Positions 9,476 through 19,661 of a DNA stretch of 64,000 nt are shown here, piece after piece. This DNA is from Dehalococcoidia bacterium (GTDB lineage Bacteria; Chloroflexota; Dehalococcoidia; GIF9; AB-539-J10). Made by a program: the position numbers and the translations under genes. The stretch spans positions 36,810 through 100,809 of the forward strand of contig JAWOFK010000073.1 of assembly GCA_046497565.1 (NCBI GenBank), given 5' to 3'. Under the pieces are notes generated by a model that ran no database searches, was not told the origin of the DNA, and saw nothing but the letters and a program-made list of their open reading frames with translations. Numbering within the stretch: the stretch's first letter is position 1; the number at the start of each line of letters is the position of its first letter.

Positions 9476-10222
9476 TTAGCGGTACTCCGGGTTTGGATGG
9501 TCAAACCTGCATCCAGCTTCCCACTTGCTTCTCTGGTTGCCATGCGCCGGTATCCCTTTACCCGCCTTGAGCATCTGAGCCAAATGCATCAGATTCCATG
9601 TCATAAAGGTGATGTTCCTTTGTGTGAAATCATTTTCAGGCCCTCCGGATCCTTCATCCAAATATGAGGGGCCAGGCCCGACTTCTCCGATCCAGCCGGC
9701 ATCCGCTTGCGGAGGAATTGCAAACCCCAGGTGCTGGAGCGAATAGAGTATTCCCATTCCGCAATGCTTTATCCCGTCTTCATTTCCCGTTATGATACAG
9801 CCACCAACCCGCCCGTAATAGGCATACTGCCCTTCTTCGTTCAGTTCTCCAGATTGCCCATACAGGCGTTCAATAACCCTCTGGCAGACAGAAGACTTCT
9901 CCCCCAGCCAAATCGGGCTGCACAGAACAAGGATATCTGCTTCCATCACTTTTCTGAAGAGTTTGGGCCAGTCGTCTCTCTCCCAACCTCTTTGCGTCAT
10001 GTCTGGCCATACACCTGCAGCAATATCAAAGTCAACCGCCCGGACCACTGCAACTGAAACACCGTTACTCTCCATAATAGACTTACTTACCTTCAGTAAT
10101 CCCTCAGTATGTGAAATCTCAGGCGATCGTTTCAGAGTACAGTTGATGAACAAGGCCTTGAGGGCAGAGAAGTCTTGTGTGTTCCCTTCACATAGTTCTC
10201 GCTGTTTCTCATTCAGTTCCAT
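9476..10222 (-). CDS. NAD(P)H-dependent FMN reductase / flavodoxin-like fold oxidoreductase
   Basis: KALFINCTLKRSPEISHTEGL N-terminal flavodoxin-like motif, followed by an iron-sulfur flavoprotein-like core. The track ORF (to 10477) overlaps the tRNA, so the start was reassigned to the ATG at 10220-10222, preceded by GAGGGGGG. Confidence 0.6.
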   Translation of the reverse strand: MELNEKQRELCEGNTQDFSALKALFINCTLKRSPEISHTEGLLKVSKSIMESNGVSVAVVRAVDFDIAAGVWPDMTQRGWERDDWPKLFRKVMEADILVLCSPIWLGEKSSVCQRVIERLYGQSGELNEEGQYAYYGRVGGCIITGNEDGIKHCGMGILYSLQHLGFAIPPQADAGWIGEVGPGPSYLDEGSGGPENDFTQRNITFMTWNLMHLAQMLKAGKGIPAHGNQRSKWEAGCRFDHPNPEYR

Positions 10223-10407
10223 AACTCTTCGATATTCCCCCCTCAGCCGAGCTATATCAATCCTCTCGACCCGGAGCAACCAGAAGGCGACTTCGTCGTA
10301 GTCGGCTAATGCTAGGACGACGCGTCTCGATAAAAGCCAGCAATGCTTCATATCGTGTGAATCGAAAACAACGACACATGCTCGCCATGGCACCCCAACT
10401 TCCTGAC

Positions 10408-10499
10408 TGGCGGAGGGAGAGGGATTCGAACCCTCGACCCCGATAACTCGGAGTAAGCGCTTAGCAGGCGCCCGCACTAGACCACTATGCGATCCCTCC
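10408..10499 (-). tRNA. tRNA-Ser (anticodon GCU), class II tRNA with long variable arm; CCA encoded
   Basis: Minus-strand read: GGAGGGA acceptor stem, anticodon loop CUGCUAA in GGCGC/GCGCU stem, long variable arm, GAGGG-TTCGAAT-CCCTC T-arm, discriminator G, CCA. Confidence 0.8.
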
Positions 10500-10776
10500 G
10501 CTTGTTACGACTCAGTTCATTATGCCATATATGAAGCCCATCGACAAAATCAGAGAGCGTCTGTTCATGTCATTCTGAACAGTCCAAGATGCGTTAGGGC
10601 GACGAAAGACCGATGAGCTTCTTGGCAGGATTTACCCCTTACACGTCGCTCGGGACACGGCTGAACGCGATAGCTCATTCGCCACGAGAAGCCTCTCAGG
10701 ACCCAGAACGACAGAGAGCAAAGGGGGCAGAAGAAAGGCGGAGGATGCAGAATGTGGGGCTATGGCTGAGGCCCCG

Positions 10777-11610
10777 CTATTCATTTACACTTAAAATGTT
10801 TTCAATACGGTAGCAGAAGGTACCAGCGGGAGCGACAACTTCAACTGTCTGCCCCTTTTCTTTGTCCAGGATCATCCTGCCCAAGGGGGAAGCAACGGAA
10901 AGCCTGCCCCTGGCTGGATTCGCCTCTCGGGGGTCGACCAACGCGTAGCTGAGTTCTTTGCCTGATGATAAATCACAGAGCACCACTGTATCTCCAAATT
11001 TTGCCTTGGATACGCTCTGGCTTGTCCCCGCTATCTTGGCCAGATTCAAGGTTGCCTCCAACTCCTTGATCCTGCCCTCCAAGTGTGCCTTTCGCTCTCT
11101 AGCTGCGTCCAGAGGAGCATTTTCCGAAAAGTCCTTGTCCGCCGCTGCCTTTTGCATCTCCTCAATAACCTCGGGAAGCTGGTTTTTCAAAGTGATTAAT
11201 TCCGATTCTAGTCTGGCATAGCCTTCCGCAGTCAAAGTGGCTCCAGCCTGAGAAATTTGCCAGGACGGGCTCGCCTTCAAAGAAGCTTTTCGTGCTCTGA
11301 GGTGCGGAGCTAAGCTTGTTCCGGTGAATCCATTTTTCCGTATGTATGTGAGAAAGGACTTGACGGGTTTGACTGCCGACGGGGTAATGTGTTCGCCATA
11401 GCTGGCTACATCAATAGGGCTGATGTCTTTCACTTGCCTGGATGAGCCAAGCCATCTAACAAACTTGGATATCTCCGCCTGTATTTTTCCTCTCTCTTCC
11501 GGCGGTAGATGTGACAAAAAGGCATTTACTGCTTCGGCAAGTGTCGGATTGTTATCCAACATGTTTCCCACGAACAGGCAAATAGTAGCCCAAAAACTGG
11601 GCGCTGTCAA
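10777..11610 (-). CDS. greA: GreA/GreB-family transcript cleavage factor with about 120-aa N-terminal extension
   Basis: C-terminal 155 aa align to GreA (coiled-coil …DFSENAPLDAARERKAHLEGRIKELE…, FKBP-like domain …FGDTVVL…SVASPLGRMILDKEKGQTVEV…); the N-terminal 120 aa are unrelated. Confidence 0.75.
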   Translation of the reverse strand: MTAPSFWATICLFVGNMLDNNPTLAEAVNAFLSHLPPEERGKIQAEISKFVRWLGSSRQVKDISPIDVASYGEHITPSAVKPVKSFLTYIRKNGFTGTSLAPHLRARKASLKASPSWQISQAGATLTAEGYARLESELITLKNQLPEVIEEMQKAAADKDFSENAPLDAARERKAHLEGRIKELEATLNLAKIAGTSQSVSKAKFGDTVVLCDLSSGKELSYALVDPREANPARGRLSVASPLGRMILDKEKGQTVEVVAPAGTFCYRIENILSVNE

Positions 11611-11695
11611 TTTGCTTCAGAACTCATACTGTGCTTTGTGTCTTCAGGCTCGCCGAGATATAATATGCACGTGATTTTCCAGAATAATTACGGAG

Positions 11696-12427
11696 GTGGC
11701 TGGAGTGTCCGCCGGAGATACTCAGGCAATCGAAAGGCTGAGAAGTGCTATTGCTGAAGGCAAGAATTGGTATGTGGCCTTGCTTGAAGCCATTCGTCTA
11801 TGGAGTAGTCCTGAAGAGGACTATGACGGCCGACATTATCACTATCTTGTGGACAACGAAGCTTTCGATTGGCTGGTGTTGGCAGAGAGGTTATGCGAAG
11901 AGCTTGATGGACTTATTCCAGAACAGGAGCGCACCGAGCTTCTCTTCTTTGACATACCACCGATAGCATTGTCTAAAGGCGAGTTCAGAAATCTAATCGG
12001 CGCCTCCAAATACCAGACCTACCTGAACTATTTCTATGGCATTCTTGTGGAGAGGTTTCTCCTTCTGGCTGTAGTTGAAGAGATACGAAAGGAAAGGAGA
12101 GTTTCAGGCTCGAACAGCGATAACGGAACAGTTGACGAGGCTCACCAACGCATTTATGGTGCCAATCAGTCTGCCCTTCTGAAACAGTTCAGAAAGGAGA
12201 AACATTATCCTCACCTTAGATCCATAAGTTTGAGCCAGTTGAACGAATTTACCTATTGGCTATTCAAATATCGCATAAAAATGCGTGACAAATCCTGTGT
12301 TGCCAGCGATACCAAGAAAGCCCTGATAAAGTTACATGATATGCTGGCTCTCAAAGCCAGGCCAGTCCACCCTTCCACCCCTAAGGCTAAGAGCTATCAG
12401 CTGTCAGCTGATGGCGAGCGCAGTTGA
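11696..12427 (+). CDS. hypothetical protein
   Basis: 243-aa ORF, no recognisable domain; its 3' end overlaps the valS 3' end convergently. Confidence 0.4.
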   Translation: MAGVSAGDTQAIERLRSAIAEGKNWYVALLEAIRLWSSPEEDYDGRHYHYLVDNEAFDWLVLAERLCEELDGLIPEQERTELLFFDIPPIALSKGEFRNLIGASKYQTYLNYFYGILVERFLLLAVVEEIRKERRVSGSNSDNGTVDEAHQRIYGANQSALLKQFRKEKHYPHLRSISLSQLNEFTYWLFKYRIKMRDKSCVASDTKKALIKLHDMLALKARPVHPSTPKAKSYQLSADGERS

Positions 12428-15132
12428 GATAATTCTTGATACAGCCTTTCCAGTTTGTCTTTCAGCATGGCAAGCTTCTGTTTGTCTTTTTCAATAACCT
12501 GGTCTGGCGCTTTACGTAAGAAGTCACTATCTTTCAGCCTGGCATCAAGCTGAAGAATTCTTGCTTTGATTTCCCCACTTTCCTTAAGCAGCCGTTGTTC
12601 TTCAGCCAGCCGGTCTACCATGTCAGCCAAAGGCAAAACTACCTCGGCCTCTTTCAAGACCAGAACGAGAGCCCTATCATTGGTCGGTCCCCTTTCCTGG
12701 CGACGGAGTATCGTTAAGGGTCGAACTTTGGCCAGTGTTTCTATCATGTTCGCTTCGGTGCTAAGGCTCGACAGGAGCTCACCAGTATAAACTTGGGCTT
12801 CAATCCATTTGTCCGGCCTTACTTTGTATTGCGCACGAACGTTACGGATAGCGTGGACAATCTCTATCACAGAATCCATTACTTGCTCTGCTTCCGGAGC
12901 AAAGGTCCTATCGTCAGCGATGGGATGAGGAGCTATCACTATGGAAGTCGGCATCCCCACATCGTTAGCCACGAGCTGGGAGTGAACCACGGGCCTGCCA
13001 CGCTGCGCTCCCAGCAGTCTTTGCCAGAGTTCCTCAGTGATAAAAGGCATGAACGGATGCAGAAGACGCAGTGATTTTTCCAATGTATTGACCAGGTAAG
13101 GCAAGGGTGACGGAGTTAATTGGCTGCGAAGGCGTATCTTGGCAATTTCAATATACCAGTCACAGAACTTCGACCACACAAAATCGTAAATCTGCTGCTC
13201 TGCTTCACCAAATTGGAAACCTTGCATCAGCTCGTTGACATTCTTGATAAGCCGGTTGAGCTGGCTATCAATCCATCGGTCTTCTATTCTCTGCGGTTGT
13301 GCCGATGGAATCGGGACTGCCTGAGGTTCCAGCCTTTCAGCATCCAGACTCTGAATGATAAACCTGGTGGCATTCCACAATTTGTTGACAAAGTTGCGAC
13401 TGGACTCCAATTTGCCTTTGCCCAGACTTATATCATTCCCCGGTGTACTGCCGGTGGTCAGCGCAAAGCGGAGCGCATCGACACCGTATTTGCCTATGGC
13501 ATCGGCGGGGTTTATAACATTCCCTCGCAATTTACTCATCTTCTCTCCGCTCTCATCCCTGATCAGGCCATGGAGATAAACAGTGTGGAAAGGGACCTCA
13601 CCGGTATTTTCCAGCCCCATCATAATCATCCTGGCGACCCAGAAGAACAGGATGTCGTAGCCGGTTTCCATTACCGAGCCAGGATAGAAATAGCGAAGGT
13701 CATCGGTATCCTCCGGCCAGCCGAGCGTAGAATGTGTCCACAGTGCCGAACTAAACCAGGTGTCCAGGACATCAGGGTCTTGAATTAGCTGGTTCGAGTG
13801 ACAGCGAGTACAAGCCGTCGGTTCATCTACCGAGGCGGTCACTTCGCCGCAATCCTGACAATACCATACCGGGATGCGATGTCCCCACCATAGTTGCCGG
13901 CTGATGCACCAGTCCCTGATGTTCTCCATCCAGTCAAAATATATCTTGGTGAAACGTTCTGGATTTATGGTGATTCTGCCATCCTTAACCGCCTCGATGG
14001 CAGCTTTGGCCAGGGGCTGTGTCCGGACGAACCACTGCAAGCTGACTTTGGGTTCAATCATCGTCTGGCAACGACCACAATGTCCTACGGAATGGAAGTA
14101 GGGCTCAATCTTCTCCAGTAATCCTTTGTCCTTCAGGTCGGCTAGTACCCTGTCCCGACAGGCAAACCTTTCCAGTCCTCGATACGGCCCGGCATTCTCA
14201 TTCATAGTCGCATCGGGGTTCATGATATTTACCAGCGGCAAATTGTGTCTCTGGGCTACTTCGAGGTCCGTGGGGTCATGGGCTGGAGTTATCTTCAATG
14301 CTCCGGTGCCGAAAGAAGTATCAACAGCATCATCAGCGATTACAGGGATTTCCTTCTCGATAATGGGAAGGATGACGCTCTTACCCACGAAACTCCTGTA
14401 GCGTTCATCTTCGGGGTTTGTCGCCACAGCCGTATCGCCGAAGAAAGTTTCCGGTCGTGTAGTAGCGACGGTGACGAAGCCCTCGCCTTGAGCTAGAGGA
14501 TAGCGAATATGATAAAGATGTCCCGCAATATCTTTATGCTCTACCTCCAGGTCGGAGAGGGCGGTTTGGCAGCGGGGACACCAGTTTATCATGCGTTCTC
14601 CGCGATAGATTAACCCGTCGTTGTACAAACGTACAAACGCAGTCCGGACTGCCTTGCTCGGTCCTTCATCCAGAGTGAATTTCTCCCTGCTCCAATCACA
14701 TGAAGCCCCCAGCGCCTGATGTTGATGTCGTATACGATCCCGGCTCTTATCAGCCCATTTCCAGGTCAAGTTTGTGAAATTATCTCTGCCAATCTCTTCC
14801 TTGGTCTGCCCTTGCCTGGCCAGTTGTTGCTCCACAACCACTTGCGTAGCGATGCCAGCATGGTCGGTTCCCGGCAGCCACAAGGTAGGGTCCCCTTTCA
14901 TCCTGTGCCACCGGGCCATAATATCCTCCAGTGTAGCGGTCAAAGCATGCCCCAGATGAAGTTCACCGGTAACATTTGGCGGTGGCATGATAATGACGAA
15001 AGGCTTCTTATTGGGGTCTATTCTGGGAGTGAAATAACCCTGTTCCAGCCAGAAATCATACCATTTCTTTTCTATCCGCCCTGGCTCGTAGGCTCCGGGC
15101 ATTTCTTCATCATGCTGTGTCATTGCTAACAT
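12397..15132 (-). CDS. valS: valine--tRNA ligase
   Basis: 911 aa; HIGH (PNVTGELHLGH) and KMSKS motifs; CP1 editing domain; C-terminal coiled-coil. Confidence 0.95.
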   Translation of the reverse strand: MLAMTQHDEEMPGAYEPGRIEKKWYDFWLEQGYFTPRIDPNKKPFVIIMPPPNVTGELHLGHALTATLEDIMARWHRMKGDPTLWLPGTDHAGIATQVVVEQQLARQGQTKEEIGRDNFTNLTWKWADKSRDRIRHQHQALGASCDWSREKFTLDEGPSKAVRTAFVRLYNDGLIYRGERMINWCPRCQTALSDLEVEHKDIAGHLYHIRYPLAQGEGFVTVATTRPETFFGDTAVATNPEDERYRSFVGKSVILPIIEKEIPVIADDAVDTSFGTGALKITPAHDPTDLEVAQRHNLPLVNIMNPDATMNENAGPYRGLERFACRDRVLADLKDKGLLEKIEPYFHSVGHCGRCQTMIEPKVSLQWFVRTQPLAKAAIEAVKDGRITINPERFTKIYFDWMENIRDWCISRQLWWGHRIPVWYCQDCGEVTASVDEPTACTRCHSNQLIQDPDVLDTWFSSALWTHSTLGWPEDTDDLRYFYPGSVMETGYDILFFWVARMIMMGLENTGEVPFHTVYLHGLIRDESGEKMSKLRGNVINPADAIGKYGVDALRFALTTGSTPGNDISLGKGKLESSRNFVNKLWNATRFIIQSLDAERLEPQAVPIPSAQPQRIEDRWIDSQLNRLIKNVNELMQGFQFGEAEQQIYDFVWSKFCDWYIEIAKIRLRSQLTPSPLPYLVNTLEKSLRLLHPFMPFITEELWQRLLGAQRGRPVVHSQLVANDVGMPTSIVIAPHPIADDRTFAPEAEQVMDSVIEIVHAIRNVRAQYKVRPDKWIEAQVYTGELLSSLSTEANMIETLAKVRPLTILRRQERGPTNDRALVLVLKEAEVVLPLADMVDRLAEEQRLLKESGEIKARILQLDARLKDSDFLRKAPDQVIEKDKQKLAMLKDKLERLYQELSQLRSPSADS

Positions 15133-15226
15133 AAACTGCTACAAATAGGCCAAGAAACAAGAGCAACTACGGTTACTCCGTTAACCGTGTATCCAAAATG
15201 CGACTGCCTTCTTTGTTTCTGGCTTT

Positions 15227-16426
15227 CTACTTTGTGCTCCTATTAGCCAATAACTCTGTTATCCTGTCCAGAACCCTCTCCGCCACCTCTCGTTTAGGCA
15301 CTAGAGGCAAGTCATCAATTCTGCCCTCGCGGTCAATTATGGTTACTCGATTGGTATCAGCACCAAATCCGCTATCGCTGGCCGTAATATCGTTAGCCAC
15401 GATAAGGTCAAGTCCCTTTTGCTGAAGCTTCTGCCTGGCATTTTCCACCAGGTTGCTGCTCTCAGCGGCGAAGCCCACCTTGATGAAATCTCCTTTGACA
15501 CTGCCTAAGATATCCGGCGTGCATTCCAGTTCTAAGGTTAGTCCCGCCTCTGTTTTCTTCATCTTTTCTTCGGCTATTCTTGTCGGGCGATAATCAGATA
15601 CGGCCGCCGCCATAATCAGAGCGTCAGCCCTGGCAGTTATTTTTTCTACTGCTTGACTCATTTCCTGAGCCGTGCCGACTGCCATCACGTCAACGCCTGT
15701 ACACCGGGGTAACGAAGTAGGTGCAGTAACCAACGTTACTTTGGCTCCCCGGTCACGCGCTGCCTCGGCCAGGGCATAACCCATCTTTCCTGAAGAGCGG
15801 TTGCTGATGTAGCGAACGGGGTCGATAGGCTCTTGCGTACCGCCTGCCGTGACCACGATATGTTTGCCAGCCAGGTCCGCACCCCTTTCAAGTACCTGGC
15901 AGACGCTGTCGACAATATCATTGACGTCAGCGAGTCGCCCCAGCCCTTCTCTGCCCGACGCTAACCAGCCTGTAGCCGGACCAATAATCACGAAGCCGCG
16001 AGCTTTGAGCTTAGACAGATTATCCTGGGTAACCGAATTGTTATACATATTGGTTTCCATAGCCGGCGCTATGATTACCGGCGCCCTGGTAGCCAGCACA
16101 GTGCAACATAGGATGTCGTCAGCAATACCGACAGCCAGCTTGGCAATGATATTGGCTGTAGCAGGAGCGATAACTACCATGTCAGCGGATTTCGCCAGGG
16201 AGACGTGCTCAATACTGAATTCCGAGGCCGGATCAAACATTTCAGTAGCCACAGGTCTGCCCGTAATGGCCCGGAAGGTGACCGGTGATATAAATTGGAT
16301 GGCTTCTGGCGTCATAATCACATTCACATTCGCTCCTGCCCGGGTCAGCTGGCTGGCAATCTCGGCCGCCTTGTAGGCAGCAATGCTCCCCGTTATTCCT
16401 AGAACTATAGTCCTCTTGCTAAGCAT
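15227..16426 (-). CDS. coaBC: bifunctional phosphopantothenoylcysteine decarboxylase / phosphopantothenate--cysteine ligase
   Basis: 399 aa; N-terminal flavoprotein domain (ILGITGSIAAYK) and C-terminal CoaB domain. Confidence 0.9.
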   Translation of the reverse strand: MLSKRTIVLGITGSIAAYKAAEIASQLTRAGANVNVIMTPEAIQFISPVTFRAITGRPVATEMFDPASEFSIEHVSLAKSADMVVIAPATANIIAKLAVGIADDILCCTVLATRAPVIIAPAMETNMYNNSVTQDNLSKLKARGFVIIGPATGWLASGREGLGRLADVNDIVDSVCQVLERGADLAGKHIVVTAGGTQEPIDPVRYISNRSSGKMGYALAEAARDRGAKVTLVTAPTSLPRCTGVDVMAVGTAQEMSQAVEKITARADALIMAAAVSDYRPTRIAEEKMKKTEAGLTLELECTPDILGSVKGDFIKVGFAAESSNLVENARQKLQQKGLDLIVANDITASDSGFGADTNRVTIIDREGRIDDLPLVPKREVAERVLDRITELLANRSTK

Positions 16427-17196
16427 TACTGCTCCTTGTTCATTTCATAGATGAGACGCAATCCAATCAAGGTTAAATCGGGATTTATGACGTCCACGGC
16501 TGCTATCTGTTCGGCGAAAGGATAAGCCTGGCCGCCGGTAGCCACCACCTTGACCTTGCTTCCCAGTTCCCGCTCTATTCGCCGAATCATGCCTTCAATA
16601 AGGTCAATGTAACCAAATATTATACCCGATTGCATAGCGGTGATAGTGTTTCTACCGATAACATGCTTCGGGCGGATTAGCTCTATCCGGGGCAGCATGG
16701 CTGTGCGGGTGAATAATGCTTCACTGGCTATGGCAATCCCCGGGGCAATAGCCCCACCCAGATAATCACCGTCTTTCGAAACAATGTCAAAGGTAGTAGC
16801 AGTGCCCAGGTCAATGATTATTAACGGTTTTCCATAGAGATTCTGAGCAGCCACAGCATTGACCACGCGGTCAGGGCCAACCTCACGAGGATTATCCAGG
16901 CGGATGCGCATGCCTGTCTTAACACCCGCTTCGATCACTAAAGGTTCAGTATGCAGATATTTCTGACAGAGTTCCGTGAACGTGTACAGCAACGGTGGCA
17001 CGACACCGCATAATGCTACCCCGGTAACCTTTGAAGGCAAGCCTTTATCGCGCTCCATGAGATTGAGCAACATGCCGCCATACTCATCCGAGGTGCGATG
17101 GATGCCGGTAGCCAAATTCCAGGTAGCTTTCAGATTATCGTCATCAAATATGCCCAGCTTGATGCTGGTGTTCCCAATATCAATCGCTAGTAACAT
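16426..17196 (-). CDS. coaX: type III pantothenate kinase
   Basis: MLLAIDIGNTSIKLG N-terminus, ASKHA-fold motifs, 256 aa; start codon overlaps the coaBC stop. Confidence 0.9.
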   Translation of the reverse strand: MLLAIDIGNTSIKLGIFDDDNLKATWNLATGIHRTSDEYGGMLLNLMERDKGLPSKVTGVALCGVVPPLLYTFTELCQKYLHTEPLVIEAGVKTGMRIRLDNPREVGPDRVVNAVAAQNLYGKPLIIIDLGTATTFDIVSKDGDYLGGAIAPGIAIASEALFTRTAMLPRIELIRPKHVIGRNTITAMQSGIIFGYIDLIEGMIRRIERELGSKVKVVATGGQAYPFAEQIAAVDVINPDLTLIGLRLIYEMNKEQ

Positions 17197-17298
17197 AGGT
17201 GCTCAGTTTTACCCCTATCCTCCCGGCTGTATGGGCTGAGTATACCACTACTAGCTAATCCGTGCTACCATCGCAGCTTCAGGCCGGAAAGACAGGCA

Positions 17299-17796
17299 TT
17301 AGCTAGAAGTATGATTGTCGCCGCTCTCTCCTTGCAGGTCCTGCAACTTCTCGACCATTGCCCGCCAATGTGTCCCCTGCCAATAGACGCGATGGCAAGC
17401 AGGACATTCGGTATATTGAGTCTGCGTTTCAAAAACGTGAGGGGGAACCAGGCTTTGCACTTCTTCTTTACTCCGAGGCAGTAATGGTTCGTTACACTCC
17501 AGACAAAGCGAAAAGGGTCTGAAATGATAATCTAACTGCAAAGCTTTAGCCACGCCTCTTATTTGACTTCTAGGATCGTCCTGTTCAATCAGTAGAGCTT
17601 TGACTTTACCATTTGTGACCAGGCGTCTTTTCATGAATTCAGTATCCTTAGTCAAAATCACTCTATCTTCATTGAGAGCCACGTTGATCATGCTGCTGTC
17701 GTCTTTTTGTTTGAAGAGCAGAGTGTCGTAGCCAATCAGCCTTAACCATCGAGCAAGCTTGCCAACGTTGTTGTCTACAATGAATTTGGTCTCCAT
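17299..17796 (-). CDS. Mut7-C RNase domain (DUF82) protein
   Basis: 165 aa; N-terminal PIN-like segment and C-terminal CxxC…CxxC zinc ribbon (CLECN…CPACH). Confidence 0.65.
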   Translation of the reverse strand: METKFIVDNNVGKLARWLRLIGYDTLLFKQKDDSSMINVALNEDRVILTKDTEFMKRRLVTNGKVKALLIEQDDPRSQIRGVAKALQLDYHFRPFSLCLECNEPLLPRSKEEVQSLVPPHVFETQTQYTECPACHRVYWQGTHWRAMVEKLQDLQGESGDNHTSS

Positions 17797-17831
17797 AGCT
17801 TGCCCAGAACGGATGAATCATTCGGCAGAAG

Positions 17832-19661
17832 CTAGTCTGAAAACTTCTCTTCCACCTTGGCTGGTGGAATGCCGTTTTCATCCCAGCCGCGCTTCTGATA
17901 GTACAGTGTAAGAAGTTTCTGGAAATCTTCCCGGTCGATCACCTTGCCCGCATTTGGACCCGTGAGAGCAGGATTAGCCCAGACCTTATAGGGAAGCTTG
18001 TCATCTTTACGGCTCATACCGAGGCGGACATTTATCAGTCTTGTCAGGTCGTATATGTCATTCGAGAGCTCTAGAAGCTCTTCGAGGGACGTTTCGTTTC
18101 CAGTGACATATTTGTAGAAGTTCGCATAGTGCTGCTCGCTCAGCCCGAGTTCAATCCAGGGCAAGCGACAAACACCGAGCATGTCAAACAAAGGGCGCAG
18201 CTTCTGGTGATATAAGACGGTGTCAACCTTCTCGTTGTTAGTCCAGTTCTGACCTTCTTCCATTTCCTTGGCAATCGTCCAGGCCCGTGTGTGATGCGCA
18301 CCTATGTCCGAGGTAGCATAGGCCAGGCCCATGGAAATGCTGGCGCGGCTGTCGTAGGCCGATTGCTCAAGGCCCTTGACCTGGAGAATGACTTTGTCCA
18401 TTTCGGGCCACTTCTCAATCATACGACGGGAGCCATCGGCAAGGATATCACCGACGCCCTGCCGGTAGGCGATTTTCTGTATCAGCTCCAAAATGGCATC
18501 CTCATCTCCCCAGGCAATCTCCCTGCCATCGAGGTCGCTGAGCGACAGAACCCCCTTCTCGTAGCCCTCTATTGTAGCTCCCACGATGTTGCCTGTGGAA
18601 ATTGTATCTATACCCAGTTCATCGCACAGTCGGGTCACAGAAAGTATGGCAGCGAAGTTCTCAATCCCCAGGTTTGGTCCCAGCATAGCACAGGTTTCGT
18701 ATTCTGGTCCCTCAACTACCGTGCCTGCATATTTCCCGCTCTTAACAAGGCAAATATTGCCGCAACACATGGGACAGGAAAAGCATGCGCTATCACCTAT
18801 CTTATAGCGGTGTAACATTGTCGTGCCATTGACCTGGTCATGCCTGGCAAAAACGCTATCCTTAAAATTGTATGTCGGCAGAATGCCCTTCTCGTTGGCA
18901 TAGTCGATGACGTTCATCAGGCCTTCCTGTTGCCACAGTTTGAAATACTTGTGTTCCTCCATATATTTGAAAGCCTGCTCAGCCTCTGCCGTCAGCCCGG
19001 CCAAATCATAGACGGGAAGGTCCGTGTGCCCCCGGACAACAATTGCCTTGAGGTTCTTGGCCCCCATGATTGCGCCCATCCCGGCCCGGCCGGCATTGCG
19101 GCTCCAGTCGGCATTGACAGCCGCGAACCTGACAAGGTTCTCACCCCCAATGCCTATCGTGGCAACATGGACCGCGTGGGTGCCCAGCCGCTCCTTTATC
19201 ATCCCTTCGGCTTCCAGGCAACTTGTTCTTTTCAGTTCGGGCATGGAAAGGATTGTCGTTTCACCATTGTCGATAAAAAGAACAGATAGTTCCGGTGCCT
19301 TGCCATTAATGGAGAGCACATCAATGCCCGTCTGTCGGAGTTCGATACCGAAGCCGCCACCCATAGAAGAATCACCATAGAGGCCGGTAGCCGGTGAGAT
19401 AGCAACAAAGGAGTTCTTTCCCGATGAGGGCAGATAAACCCCGGTCAGAGGTCCCGGCGCCACAACCAGAAGATTCTCGGGGCCAAGGGGGTCTATCTTG
19501 AAATCATGCTTCCTCAGGTTATCCCAGACCAATTTCGCACCAAAGCCACGTCCCCCGATATACTTTTCAATGAAAGCGTCCGCAACAGTCCGGCGTTCAG
19601 CAGTGCCTTTCGTAAGGTCTACGTGGAGGTGTTGCTTGAAATATCCGCTCTTTATGCTCAT
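17832..19661 (-). CDS. aor: aldehyde:ferredoxin oxidoreductase (tungsten-containing AOR family)
   Basis: 609 aa; AOR N-terminal domain (…HVDLTKG…GGRGFGAKL…) and C-terminal Fe-S/pterin-binding domain. Confidence 0.9.
   Translation of the reverse strand: MSIKSGYFKQHLHVDLTKGTAERRTVADAFIEKYIGGRGFGAKLVWDNLRKHDFKIDPLGPENLLVVAPGPLTGVYLPSSGKNSFVAISPATGLYGDSSMGGGFGIELRQTGIDVLSINGKAPELSVLFIDNGETTILSMPELKRTSCLEAEGMIKERLGTHAVHVATIGIGGENLVRFAAVNADWSRNAGRAGMGAIMGAKNLKAIVVRGHTDLPVYDLAGLTAEAEQAFKYMEEHKYFKLWQQEGLMNVIDYANEKGILPTYNFKDSVFARHDQVNGTTMLHRYKIGDSACFSCPMCCGNICLVKSGKYAGTVVEGPEYETCAMLGPNLGIENFAAILSVTRLCDELGIDTISTGNIVGATIEGYEKGVLSLSDLDGREIAWGDEDAILELIQKIAYRQGVGDILADGSRRMIEKWPEMDKVILQVKGLEQSAYDSRASISMGLAYATSDIGAHHTRAWTIAKEMEEGQNWTNNEKVDTVLYHQKLRPLFDMLGVCRLPWIELGLSEQHYANFYKYVTGNETSLEELLELSNDIYDLTRLINVRLGMSRKDDKLPYKVWANPALTGPNAGKVIDREDFQKLLTLYYQKRGWDENGIPPAKVEEKFSD

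Noticed and set aside
10223-10477. N-terminal 85 residues of the track ORF 9476..10477 (MRAPAKRLL…GVEGSNPSPSA…)
   Set aside because: This stretch is the reverse-strand translation of the tRNA-Ser gene (the GGTTCGAATCC T-arm gives …EGSNPS…). The real flavoprotein CDS almost certainly starts at the internal ATG at 10220-10222 (MELNEKQ…), which has a G-rich RBS.
12566-15129. Multiple 60-220-aa + strand ORFs inside the valS locus (e.g. 13120..13788, 14719..15129)
   Set aside because: These are antisense to a 911-aa, unambiguously conserved valine-tRNA ligase and are typical spurious frames. The same reasoning applies to the antisense ORFs inside polA, fhs, folD, AOR, acetyl-CoA synthetase and the MttB genes.
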